The notes under the pieces are model-generated. The model had not been told where the DNA came from. It saw nothing but the letters and a program-made list of their open reading frames with translations, and did not search any database. A program made the position numbers and the translations under genes. This document shows positions 8,859 to 17,505 of a stretch of 26,902 nucleotides of DNA, in pieces (position 1 is the first letter of the stretch; the number at the start of each line of letters is the position of its first letter). Source of the stretch: Desulfobacca acetoxidans (GTDB taxonomy: Bacteria; Desulfobacterota; Desulfobaccia; Desulfobaccales; 0-14-0-80-60-11); contig DYJG01000001.1 of the NCBI GenBank assembly GCA_020723225.1, positions 1-26,902 on the forward strand, written 5' to 3'.

Positions 8859-9991
8859 TCAAAATGCTTTCTTCCAGTGATGGTTCACGCCCACGTAAGC
8901 CTTGGCCACCAGTCCCGTCCCGGTTCGATGACCATCTTCAAATGGCTGATGGTCCGTATGAAATAGCTCAGTTCCTCCAGGCGGGATTGGAGACAGCGGC
9001 GGCGCAGGGCCGGGGGCAAGTTGATCAGGTCCGCGCCCATGGCGGTGGAGCCGGAGATATTTCGCAAGGCCTCCCCTTTGGCCCGGGTGCACAGATTTAA
9101 GCGGCAGAGTTCATCCAGAATTCTTCCCAAACGGGGATCAGGGAACGAGTTGACCGGGGTCAGCATGAGATCCAGGCCGACCTTGGGCTGCACTTCCTCC
9201 AGCAAGTCCAGGTGCAGGATGAATTCGTCGTCATAAGGACTGAGCATCTCCAGAACTTTCGCCACCCCGGGCAGGTCGGCGGGAACCCTCGATTCCCTCA
9301 AGTATTCCAGGATTGCCTCTCCCGGCATCTCCAAACAGAGGCGCAGCACCGCGGGGCGCCGGGACAGCATGAAGCCGATCTGCCCCAGCCGCGCCTCCCC
9401 GGGCAAAAGCTCCAGGCAGGAAAAGGCAGCGGCAATGCCAGCCGTAGAGAATGCCTCGCCCAGTTCCCGGGACAGGACCGCGAGTAGAGAGCTGTACCTC
9501 TGAATTTGACCGGTCCGGGACTGGCGGTGGTTAGCTGGAGTTAGGAAAAAGCTGGGTGAGTAAGGCTGTGTTCCGTTAATATCGAATTCGAGCCAGATCG
9601 CCTTGATCTCCTGGTGCAGCAGCTCTCCGGGCTGATTCCATCTCTCGGCCAGTCGCTGTAAGACAAACCAGGAGTTATCCCCGGCCCCAAGCCCGGCAGG
9701 CCGCCGGGCGGCCAGGGCTGCGGCGCAGCCAAGTTCCGCCGCGGCCCGGAAGGAGATATCCGCCCGGGCCGCCGCCTCCCCCAGGAAGAATTCGAAAAAG
9801 AAACCGCCCAGAGCGCAGGGGCCGGGCACCCGGGACGCGACTTCCAGAATCCGGGCATAATAGTCCGCGGACACCAGACTGGCCGGAATAGCCGGTCGGA
9901 TGGCCCGAAAATACGCGGCCCCGGATTCATCTTCCCGGAGCCAGGCCTCCAGGAGGTTCTTCGGCTCCGGTTCCCAAGTTACGACTTTCAT
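8859..9991 (-). CDS. RiPP-associated hypothetical enzyme, possibly an ABBA-fold aromatic prenyltransferase; 1-nt frameshift near the C-terminus
   Basis: ORF 8885..9991 has FFFEF.LG..ADIS, IWLEFD, IGFMLSR...LRLC, LHLDL...PKVGLD and RTISHLKMV. The neighbouring frame (ORF 8859..9092) supplies GLVAKAYVGVNHHWKKAF. One extra G at the GGG run (plus-strand CCC 8914-8916) joins them. The fold call is inference. Confidence 0.5.
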
Positions 9992-10101
9992 AAGAATCGA
10001 TATCCTCTTCCCCGGGGGTTCCCGGTTACATCTCCTCCCAAGGTGAAAAAAGGTTACATTGGGGGGCGACCCTTACCCCCCGTTTCCCGGGCATCCCTCG
10101 A

Positions 10102-10234
10102 TCACATCGCTTTTGGGCTGCAATCATGATAGGGGCATAACAAGCGGGAACACCAATGCAAAGGGCACCAGCCCCCTAAAGGCCTGGTCGGTGTCGATCC
10201 TTTTCAGAAAATCCTTGACTGACTGTACGGACAT
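10102..10234 (-). pseudogene. Nif11-like precursor 3 with internal leader deletion and frameshift; hidden core GG-WCPLHWCSRLLCPYHDCSPKAM
   Basis: AGGGAGG RBS, then ATG 10234 MSVQSVKDFLKRIDTDQAF (first 39 nt differ from precursor 1 at 3 positions). A +1 shift gives GGWCPLHWCSRLLCPYHDCSPKAM-TGA (10104-10102). Confidence 0.8.
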
Positions 10235-10247
10235 GCAATTATCCTCC

Positions 10248-11576
10248 CTATTTATTTTTGGTCGATGAATTTTCCTGCCGCTTTGTCCGGTAACGGACTT
10301 CCAGAAACTCGGTGAACCGGCTTTTCAGGGGCATGCAGGTGTTGAAGTCTTCGCCCTGAAACAGGCGGCGGGAGCGAAAATGGGGGCAGCCGCCGCTGCA
10401 CCGGGGGAGGAAGAGACACCGGCGGCAGGTGTCGTCCGCGAAGACCTCCGTGCCCATCATGTACCTGGACAGCAGGGAATAATTCCACTCCCGGTCCGGG
10501 AAGATGGAACCCGCCACCCACTCCGGGTTGCCCACGTCGTGCCAGCAGTTGTAAATCTCTCCCTCGGGGCCGATGAGGAAGCTGTTGCGCCGTTTGGCCA
10601 TGCAGGGGGTAGGATTGGGAAAGGGGTCCGGACTCCAGTCATTGCCATCTTCCCGGTACAACTCCATCAAGAGGTCATCCACCTCTTCCGAAGAATATTC
10701 GCAGTGCGCGTCCGGGTTTTCCCGGGGGCCGTCTTTGACGATTCCCGGGTAAACATTGAGGTTTTTTCCCTGGAAGCGTTGCCTCAGTTGGCCGCGCGCC
10801 TCGAAAAACTGCGCCCGGTTGCTTTGGTCCATGTTGACCCGCAAGTTCAGGCGTCCCGGCCAGCGCTCCAGCAGGCGTTCCACGTTGGCCATGATCACCC
10901 CGTAGGAATCGCCCCGGGTGGCATGGGGCCGGCGGCGGTTGTGGATTTCTTCAGGGCCGTCGATGGTGATTTGGATGGACTCGATCTTCAGGTCTTCCAG
11001 TTGGCCGATGCGCTCCTCGTCCAGCAGGTAGCCGTTGGTGACCATGCTTGCCTTGTACGGCACGTCCAGGGCCTTGAAGTCTTCCGTAAGCCGGCGGATG
11101 CGGTCGAATTCCAGGAGGGGTTCGCCGCCGAACCAGCAGATGTCCAGAAACTTGAGTTGGCCGAAGAGCTTGAAGCGTTCGACAAAGGCCAGTAATTGGG
11201 CATGGACCGCGTCGTTCATCCGCTGGGGCCGCTTGTGCCGCTGGTAGCAGTAAGTGCAGCGGAAATTGCAGGCCAGGGTGGGCACGATGGTGAGAGCCAG
11301 GAGGCTGCTGTGCAGGTTGTTCAGGTTCCGGCTCAACAAGTTCAGGTTCAGGAGGTCCCGCTCTTCCCCGTTCTCCACCAGGATCTTGGCCCGACGAAGT
11401 TGCAGCAGCAGCGCGGGGTTATTGGTGAAATCGTAGGCTTCCGGGTTTTCCCGGATTTTTTTCAGTTCCGCGGCCAACTGCGGCTCAGCCGCCGCGAAGG
11501 TGTTGGACAGGGAGTTGTAAAGCAGATAGCAGCCTTCGGGTGACTGCCACAGCATGGTATAGTCGGACCATTTCAA
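10248..11576 (-). CDS. Radical SAM/SPASM peptide maturase with probable N-terminal RRE
   Basis: CNFRCTYC (CxxxCxxC), WFGGEPLL, TNG and QITIDG motifs. SPASM cysteines PC...NCW...CRRCLFLPRCSGGCP...C. N-terminal MKWS..YLLYNSLS is a winged-helix-like segment. TTG start with GGAGGA RBS overlapping the upstream stop. Confidence 0.93.
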   Translation of the reverse strand: MKWSDYTMLWQSPEGCYLLYNSLSNTFAAAEPQLAAELKKIRENPEAYDFTNNPALLLQLRRAKILVENGEERDLLNLNLLSRNLNNLHSSLLALTIVPTLACNFRCTYCYQRHKRPQRMNDAVHAQLLAFVERFKLFGQLKFLDICWFGGEPLLEFDRIRRLTEDFKALDVPYKASMVTNGYLLDEERIGQLEDLKIESIQITIDGPEEIHNRRRPHATRGDSYGVIMANVERLLERWPGRLNLRVNMDQSNRAQFFEARGQLRQRFQGKNLNVYPGIVKDGPRENPDAHCEYSSEEVDDLLMELYREDGNDWSPDPFPNPTPCMAKRRNSFLIGPEGEIYNCWHDVGNPEWVAGSIFPDREWNYSLLSRYMMGTEVFADDTCRRCLFLPRCSGGCPHFRSRRLFQGEDFNTCMPLKSRFTEFLEVRYRTKRQENSSTKNK

Positions 11577-11580
11577 GGGC

Positions 11581-11871
11581 TTATCCTCCGGACCCGGCGA
11601 GTTCGGGAAAAATCAGGGCGCCGATCTTATCCAGCCGGGCCTTGACGCGCTCTGCCTTGGTGGGCGGCGGCGCCACCGGGGCCATGTCGAAATACAGGTC
11701 GAAGTCGAAGACCTCCAGGACCGGGCCTGCGGGGACTTCCCGGCCGCCGGCCTCTTGGAGGGCCTCCCGGGGTTGGAGCAGGACCTTCTTCCTAAACTCG
11801 TCATCCACCGCGGCCTTGCGGTCCGCGGCCCGAAGCGCGGCGGCCAGTTCCGACGGAGACCAGTGGCTCAT
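11581..11871 (-). CDS. NHLP (nitrile-hydratase-like leader) type small protein, 96 aa, ending GSGG with no core
   Basis: GAGGAG RBS before ATG 11871. MSHWSPSELAAALRAADRKAAVDDEFRKKVLLQPREALQEAGGREVPAG matches the NHLP pattern (KA..D.EFR..LL..P..AL.E..G..P). It is the true gene inside track ORF 11581..12522. Confidence 0.72.
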   Translation of the reverse strand: MSHWSPSELAAALRAADRKAAVDDEFRKKVLLQPREALQEAGGREVPAGPVLEVFDFDLYFDMAPVAPPPTKAERVKARLDKIGALIFPELAGSGG

Positions 11872-12152
11872 GGCTTTCTCCTCAAGAGGTTGGAGATGGG
11901 GTGTAAAAAAATTCCATTTCCGGGATTTGAGAATGCTTATGGTTGCCGCTTTTAACCCCGACCTTTTCACAAAGACGAAGATAAAGTTTAAATTTTGGTC
12001 TGCCGATGAATTTTTTAAGGCAAAATATGCTAACATCGCGGCGTCATCTCCTGATCGGGCCCCCCGGCCGGGCAACCTCCCTGCTTCAGCGGGCACTGCC
12101 CGGGTACAACTGAATTTTATTGGGCCGAAAAACCGAGTCAATTTATTCGGTT

Positions 12153-12181
12153 CGAAACGGCCAGAATCTGGGACGAAACGG
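12153..12181. promoter_or_regulatory. Candidate LytTR-binding direct repeat
   Basis: CGAAACGG at 12153-12160 and 12174-12181 (21-nt period; CCGTTTCG on the minus strand), in the divergent intergenic region next to a LytTR regulator. Confidence 0.4.
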
Positions 12182-12217
12182 ACGCGTGGCCCCGAATTAG
12201 TCGAAAGGCGGCGGTTC

Positions 12218-14344
12218 ATGAGCCTGCGCACCAAACTTCTCGTTAGCCTGGCCCTGGCGGTTATCCTGGGTATCAGCCTGGCGTCCTGGGCAGTGTACCG
12301 GTTCGCCCGGGACGAACTGGAAGCCTCGAAACGCCGGCATCTGGCCCAGGAGGCGGAGATGCTGGCCCGGCAGACCGAGGCTTGGCTGCAATTAGCCAAG
12401 TCGAACGTGGCGTTATGGACCGACATGCCTTCAGTCCGGGAGGTGGCCCTAAATCCGGGCAATTCTGCCAGCGTCGCCGAGGTCTGCGGCTTTTTCCGGC
12501 GCGTCGTGGAGATCGGCGGCATCTATCAGAACGTCAATTTGATGGGCCTGGACGCCGCCTGCCTGGCTTCGTCCGTCCCCAGCCGCATCGGTTTAAAACG
12601 CATGCAGGAAGTGGTCGCCACCCGCCTGGATTTTAAAGAGGCTTTAACGGGCAGGGCTGTTGTTACACCGATGTTTACGTCCGCTTCAAACGGGCGAACC
12701 ATCATTGGCATTTCGGCCCCGGTATTTGAGGGTGCGAAGATCATTGCCGTGATCCGGGTGGTGATTGACATGGCCTTTTTCGACGATGTGCTCCTGAAGC
12801 CGAAGGATGTGAGAACTGCCGGCCGCTCCGGTATTTTCGATCCGAAGTTCGTCGAGTCGAAGGACACCACGTATCTCAAGTATCGGGATATCAGCGATAT
12901 TTTCATCAAGGGGAAAAAATACTTGCCTCTGGAGATCCCGGCGCCGGCCGCGGAGTTTGCCCGGGAGAGCGGCATCATTCAATACCCTGATAAAAAATTG
13001 GGTGACATCCTGGCCGCCTTTCACCGGATCAAGGAACCCGAGTGGATCATTGTCTTGGAGGAGCCGCTCCAAGAGATTTTGGCGCCCATCCGGAACGTGG
13101 GCCGGGTAGCTTTGGTGTCGGCGTTTTTTTTGATCTGTGCGGTTTTCGGGGTGGTCTTTTTTCTGGTCAATCCCAGGCTGCGCGGTATTCTCAGTTGTCT
13201 GCGCCTGGCCCAGGAGATCGGCGGGGGGAACCTGGAGGCCAGGCTGGATTTGGGCGCCCATGACGAGATCGGCAGGCTGGCCCAGGGGTTGAACACCATG
13301 GCCGCCGATCTGGCCGGCAGCCGCCAGGCCCTGGAAGAGGCTGAACGCACCTACCGGGGGATTTTCGAGAACGCCGTGGAAGGGATCTTTCAGATCGACC
13401 GGGATAATCGTTTCATCGCCGCCAATCCCTCCTTTGCCCGCATCATGGGCTTTGCGGAGCCCGGGGAATTGCTGGGCCGGCCCTTCCCCGCCAGCTTTGC
13501 GGATCCGGCCCAAAGGGAGGCCTTCTTTGCCGAGCTCGAGTCCCGGGGGATAGTGGAGGGTTTTGAGTTCAACTTTATACGTCGGGATGGCGCCCTCGTC
13601 GGGGCCGGTTCCCTGTTCGCTCAGGCGGAAAAAGATGACTCCGGCCAAATCGTTCTCATCCAGGGCATGCTGGCGGACATCACCGAAAGACTGAAAGCGG
13701 AGCGGGAGCGGCAGCGGGCCGAAGAGGCGGAAAGCCACCTGGCCCGGTCGCGCCTGCAGGCCCTGCGCTACCAGATCAACCCCCATTTCCTTTTTAACAT
13801 CCTGAATTCCATCGATGCCCTGGCCAAACAGGCGCCCCAGAAAATCCCCGATCTTATTCGCGAGCTCTCCCGCTATCTGCGTTTCACTTTGACGGAGCAA
13901 AAAGACGGCCTGGTGCCCCTCCACCTAGAACTGGACGCCATCACCAGCTATCTCAAACTGGAAAAAATCCGCTTTGAGGACGACCTGGTGGTGGAAATTA
14001 TTACCTCCCCCAATTGCGGCGAGGCCCTGGTTCCGGAGTTGTTGATCCAACCCCTGGTGGAGAATGCCGTAAAGTACGGCATGAAGACTTCGCCCATGCC
14101 CCTGCGGATTGCCATCAGGTGCACCTTGACCGAGAAGATGTTGGAGGTGGAGGTGGCCAATACGGGGAAATGGCTCAGTGACACGGAAGCCGGGCAGGCC
14201 AAGAGCGGCATCGGTTTGCAGAACCTGCGCCAGAGACTGAATCTGCGCTACCCCGACACTTCCAGTTTGACACTCGAAGCCCGGGGAGGGTGGATAATTG
14301 CCAAAGTAGACCTTCCCTTTACTAGGTTTGATAAGGATGCCTGA
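12218..14344 (+). CDS. LytS-type sensor histidine kinase (TM-Cache-like-TM-HAMP-PAS-His_kinase-HATPase)
   Basis: Real start MSLRTKLLVS at 12218. HAMP (DEIGRLAQGLNTM), PAS (IFENAVEGIFQ), LRYQINPHFLFNILNSI, IQPLVENAVKYG and GIGLQNL motifs. Confidence 0.93.
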   Translation: MSLRTKLLVSLALAVILGISLASWAVYRFARDELEASKRRHLAQEAEMLARQTEAWLQLAKSNVALWTDMPSVREVALNPGNSASVAEVCGFFRRVVEIGGIYQNVNLMGLDAACLASSVPSRIGLKRMQEVVATRLDFKEALTGRAVVTPMFTSASNGRTIIGISAPVFEGAKIIAVIRVVIDMAFFDDVLLKPKDVRTAGRSGIFDPKFVESKDTTYLKYRDISDIFIKGKKYLPLEIPAPAAEFARESGIIQYPDKKLGDILAAFHRIKEPEWIIVLEEPLQEILAPIRNVGRVALVSAFFLICAVFGVVFFLVNPRLRGILSCLRLAQEIGGGNLEARLDLGAHDEIGRLAQGLNTMAADLAGSRQALEEAERTYRGIFENAVEGIFQIDRDNRFIAANPSFARIMGFAEPGELLGRPFPASFADPAQREAFFAELESRGIVEGFEFNFIRRDGALVGAGSLFAQAEKDDSGQIVLIQGMLADITERLKAERERQRAEEAESHLARSRLQALRYQINPHFLFNILNSIDALAKQAPQKIPDLIRELSRYLRFTLTEQKDGLVPLHLELDAITSYLKLEKIRFEDDLVVEIITSPNCGEALVPELLIQPLVENAVKYGMKTSPMPLRIAIRCTLTEKMLEVEVANTGKWLSDTEAGQAKSGIGLQNLRQRLNLRYPDTSSLTLEARGGWIIAKVDLPFTRFDKDA

Positions 14345-15092
14345 CGACCCCAAACCTTTGCCGGCCCTGATTGTGGACGATGAACGGCTGGCCCGGGAGA
14401 ATCTCCAGGGCCTGCTGGCCGCGTATGAGGAGATTGTGGTAATCGGCGAAGCGCGCAATGCTGCGGAGGCCCGGCGTATGATCGCCGATCTGCGTCCCGG
14501 TCTGGTTTTTCTGGATATTCAGATGCCGGGCGGGTCGGGGTTTGACTTGCTGGAGCAGCTCGAATTTCCACCGCCCATCATCTTTGTCACTGCCTTCGAT
14601 GAATTCGCGGTGCGGGCTTTTGAAGTCAACGCCCTGGACTACCTTCTAAAACCGGTGGAACCGGCACGGCTGGCCCGGGCCATCAGGAGGGTGGGCCAGC
14701 GGACTACCGAACCGTACGGGAGAGCCGCTCCGCTGCACGGCACGGACCGCGTCTTTCTGGATACCGGGTGGCAGGCGGTATTCTTGCCGGTGGCGGAAAT
14801 TGCCGTCATCCAGGCCAAGGGCAACTACACCCAGGTAATCGACGTCCACGGCCGCAGCTACCTGGTGCGAGTTCCCCTGCACCAGTGGGAAAAGAGACTG
14901 CCGGTTGAAGATTTCGTCCTGCTGGACCGCTCCTTAGTGATCAACCGCTGCCAGATTACCCGATATGTCCTCCACACCCGCCGGGCCGAGCTCTACCTGG
15001 GCGCCATTGCTCAACCCTTTCTCCTGGGCCGCCAGGGGCTGCGCCGGTTCAAGGAACAGGTGCTGCCTTATGCCGGTGAAAAAAAACCCTGA
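14337..15092 (+). CDS. LytTR-family response regulator
   Basis: Receiver (LIVDDE, FLDIQMP, FVTAF, DYLLKP) plus LytTR domain (IAVIQAKGNYT...FVLLDRSLVIN). ATG 14337 overlaps the kinase stop. Confidence 0.92.
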   Translation: MPDDPKPLPALIVDDERLARENLQGLLAAYEEIVVIGEARNAAEARRMIADLRPGLVFLDIQMPGGSGFDLLEQLEFPPPIIFVTAFDEFAVRAFEVNALDYLLKPVEPARLARAIRRVGQRTTEPYGRAAPLHGTDRVFLDTGWQAVFLPVAEIAVIQAKGNYTQVIDVHGRSYLVRVPLHQWEKRLPVEDFVLLDRSLVINRCQITRYVLHTRRAELYLGAIAQPFLLGRQGLRRFKEQVLPYAGEKKP

Positions 15093-15187
15093 TAGAGCCG
15101 GTTCAAGTCCCCCCTCAGCCGGACAAAATCGGTCGCAGAATCCTGGATAATCGTCTGGCAAAACTTGACCCGCCTGTCACCCGCTAG

Positions 15188-16446
15188 GTTCGTCACCTGG
15201 CGCTGGTGGTCATCACCGTGGGCCTCCTCAACCTGGCCGCCCTGCGGTACGTCTCCCGACAGCGCCGGGACCTGAATTTACGGATGATCCAGGAAAGCGG
15301 CAAGCTCATGGGCGCATCCATGGACGGTTTGAACATGATCGAAACCCTCAAGGCCGCGGGCGCGGAGTCTACCTTTTTTGCGCGTTGGTCCGGGTACCAG
15401 GCCAAGGTCATTGATGCCCAACAGCAATTCGGGACTTACAGCTATTACCTGAACGCGGTGCCGCCCCTGCTCACCACGCTGAACAATGCCGCGGTCATCG
15501 GCCTGGGCGGTTTCCTGGTCATGAAGGGGGAGATTTCCATGGGGATGCTGGTGGCCTTCCAGAGTTTCATGATGGCCTTTATCGCCCCTTTAAACCAACT
15601 GGTGGGGCTGGGCGGCGAACTGCAGGAAACCGCCGGCGACCTGCGCCGGGTCACGACGTGCTCCGCTACCAGGAGACCCCAGAATTCCAGGAGGTTTCAA
15701 GGCCCCAGGCTCCCCCGATCCCCAAACTCACCGGGCAACTGGAACTCAGGAACATTACCTTCGGATACAGCAGCCTGGCCCCGCCTTTAATCCAGGACTT
15801 CCACCTGAAGTTGGACCCCGGCACCCGGGTGGCCCTGGTGGGTCCCTCCGGGTCCGGCAAATCCACCATCGCCCGGCTGGTCTGCGGGCTCTACCAACCT
15901 TGGGAAGGGGAAGTGCTGTTGGACGGACGGCCCCGGGAGAACTACTCCCGAGCCTTGCTCTCCCAATCCCTCTCCATGGTGGACCAGAGCATCCTTTTAT
16001 TTGAAGGAACGGTGCGGGAAAACCTCACCCTGTTCGACCGGAACATTCCGGAGCAATCCTTGACCCAGGCCGGCAAAGACGCCTGTATTCATGAAGAGCT
16101 GATGGCCCGGGCCGGCGGCTACGATTGCCAGGTGGTGGAGGGAGGGGCCAACTTCAGCGGCGGACAGCGCCAGCGTCTGGAAATCGCCCGGACCCTGGTC
16201 AACGACCCCACCATCCTGGTCTTGGACGAAGCCACCAGCGCCCTGGACCCGGTCACCGAAGTGCTCATCGACGATAACCTGCGGCGCCGGGGCTGCACCT
16301 GCCTCATTGTGGCCCACCGCCTCAGCACCATTAGGGATTGCGACGAGATCATCGTCCTGGATCAAGGCAAGGTGGTGCAACGGGGCCGCCATGAACAGCT
16401 CATGGCACAGGAAGGTTTGTATGCCGCCCTGATTCACACTGAGTAA
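15188..16446 (+). pseudogene. NHLM bacteriocin-system peptidase/ABC transporter (TIGR03796-like), 5'-truncated and frameshifted
   Basis: Begins mid-TM domain after in-frame TAG 15185 with no start or RBS: ...ETLKAAGAESTFFARWSGYQAK... The frame breaks at ~15653 (cgggtc[g]acgacgtg = RV-DDVLRY), then a complete ABC domain follows ([36 protein letters not shown]). The C39 peptidase domain is missing. Confidence 0.88.
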
Positions 16447-16508
16447 AACCAAAGAAAATGGGGGGGATACTGGATATTTATGGAGAAAAAGGATTTGCGG
16501 GACTCGCG

Positions 16509-16642
16509 CCCCCCTCACTCTGCCCTCTCCCCCCCCTCCGGGGGGAGAGGGAAATGCCAGGCATAGCTATAAAATAATAACTTATGGATATGCCAGTATT
16601 AATCCCCTCTCCCCTCGGGGGAGAGGGCTAGGGTGAGGGGGG
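16509..16642. repeat. Inverted pair of REP-like CCCTC(A)CCCT..CCCTCTCCC...GGGAGAGGG palindromic elements; third degenerate copy at ~16683-16716
   Basis: Each unit has a CCCTCTCCC/GGGAGAGGG hairpin. The two units face each other around an AT-rich ~50-nt spacer. Confidence 0.8.
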
Positions 16643-16790
16643 TGTCTTGGATAGCAAGAGATGGATTACTAAGGAAAAGACTCCACTCATCCCTAACCCT
16701 TCTCCTTCAGGGGGGGTGACTGGCTGATACCGTTGGTTTGGACGTTGAAGTGACTTTTGCAAAAGACTTGGGAAAACGGAAAACGCCATA

Positions 16791-17505
16791 ATGCCCCCTG
16801 ATCTGGATTTCTGGCTGCAAAACGGGAGCGTCCAGGATGGGGATAGCAACGCTCCGATTTTGCTCAACCAGGGACGACGCGCCTGGCTGGTGCTCTCCGG
16901 CGGCATGGATATCTTTGCCGTGCGGCTGGCGGACGGCCGGGCCGTGGGAGTGCGCGTCCACCTTTTCCGGGTGCCTGCAGGCCAGGCCTTTTGGGAACTG
17001 GAGGGAAAAGCCGACCGGAAAGTGGCCTTGCTGGCCGTGGCCTTGCCGGAGACCAGGCTGGCCGAACTCGGACAGGAGCATGTCCGGGAGTTGGCCCGGC
17101 AACCCGCGGCGGCCGAAAAGATTCGGGAATTGCTGGACAAATGGCTGAGCGAGCTATCCCGGGTGCCCGCCGGTTTAAGGCCGCCCCCCCATGACTGCCT
17201 CTTTCTGCGTCCGGGAATGTCCGTGGCCCTGCAACCCGGCCAAACCGCCACTTCCAGGCAGGGAGTCGTCTGGGTTGGCCTCCAAGGCGGCGCGGCCAAG
17301 CCCATGGGCCTGGACGACCTGCCCCCGCTTCCGGCCGGGTCGGCCTGGTTTCCCCTGGTTCCCGGCGTCTGGCTGGAGGCCGCCACCGACCTCACCTTGC
17401 AAGTATGGGCCACGGATGACTTTTTCTTAAGGGACCTTACTTGGCAGGCGCTGACTAATTTTCACGGCCTGATCCTGGAAGGCGTTGTCCGCTCCCGGCA
17501 GCAGG
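16791..17505 (+). pseudogene. N-terminal fragment of NHLM bacteriocin-system ABC transporter (TIGR03797-like cNMP-like N-terminal region)
   Basis: SNAPILL...AWLVLSGGMDIFAV...G.RVHLFRVPAGQAFW...WFPLVPGVWL. TM and ATPase domains are absent because the frame continues into TolC-like sequence. Confidence 0.75.

Noticed and set aside
10020-10070. ATGTAACC twice on the minus strand, one after a GGAGGAG
   Set aside because: A start-stop mini-ORF with no further support; likely chance or a relic.
11540-12217. 226-aa N-terminal extension of the LytS kinase, and the matching extension of ORF 11581..12522
   Set aside because: Stop-free antisense of the NHLP gene and the intergenic region. The real starts are 12218 (+) and 11871 (-).
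12686-13924. 412-aa minus-strand ORF
   Set aside because: Shadow of the kinase; no recognisable motifs.
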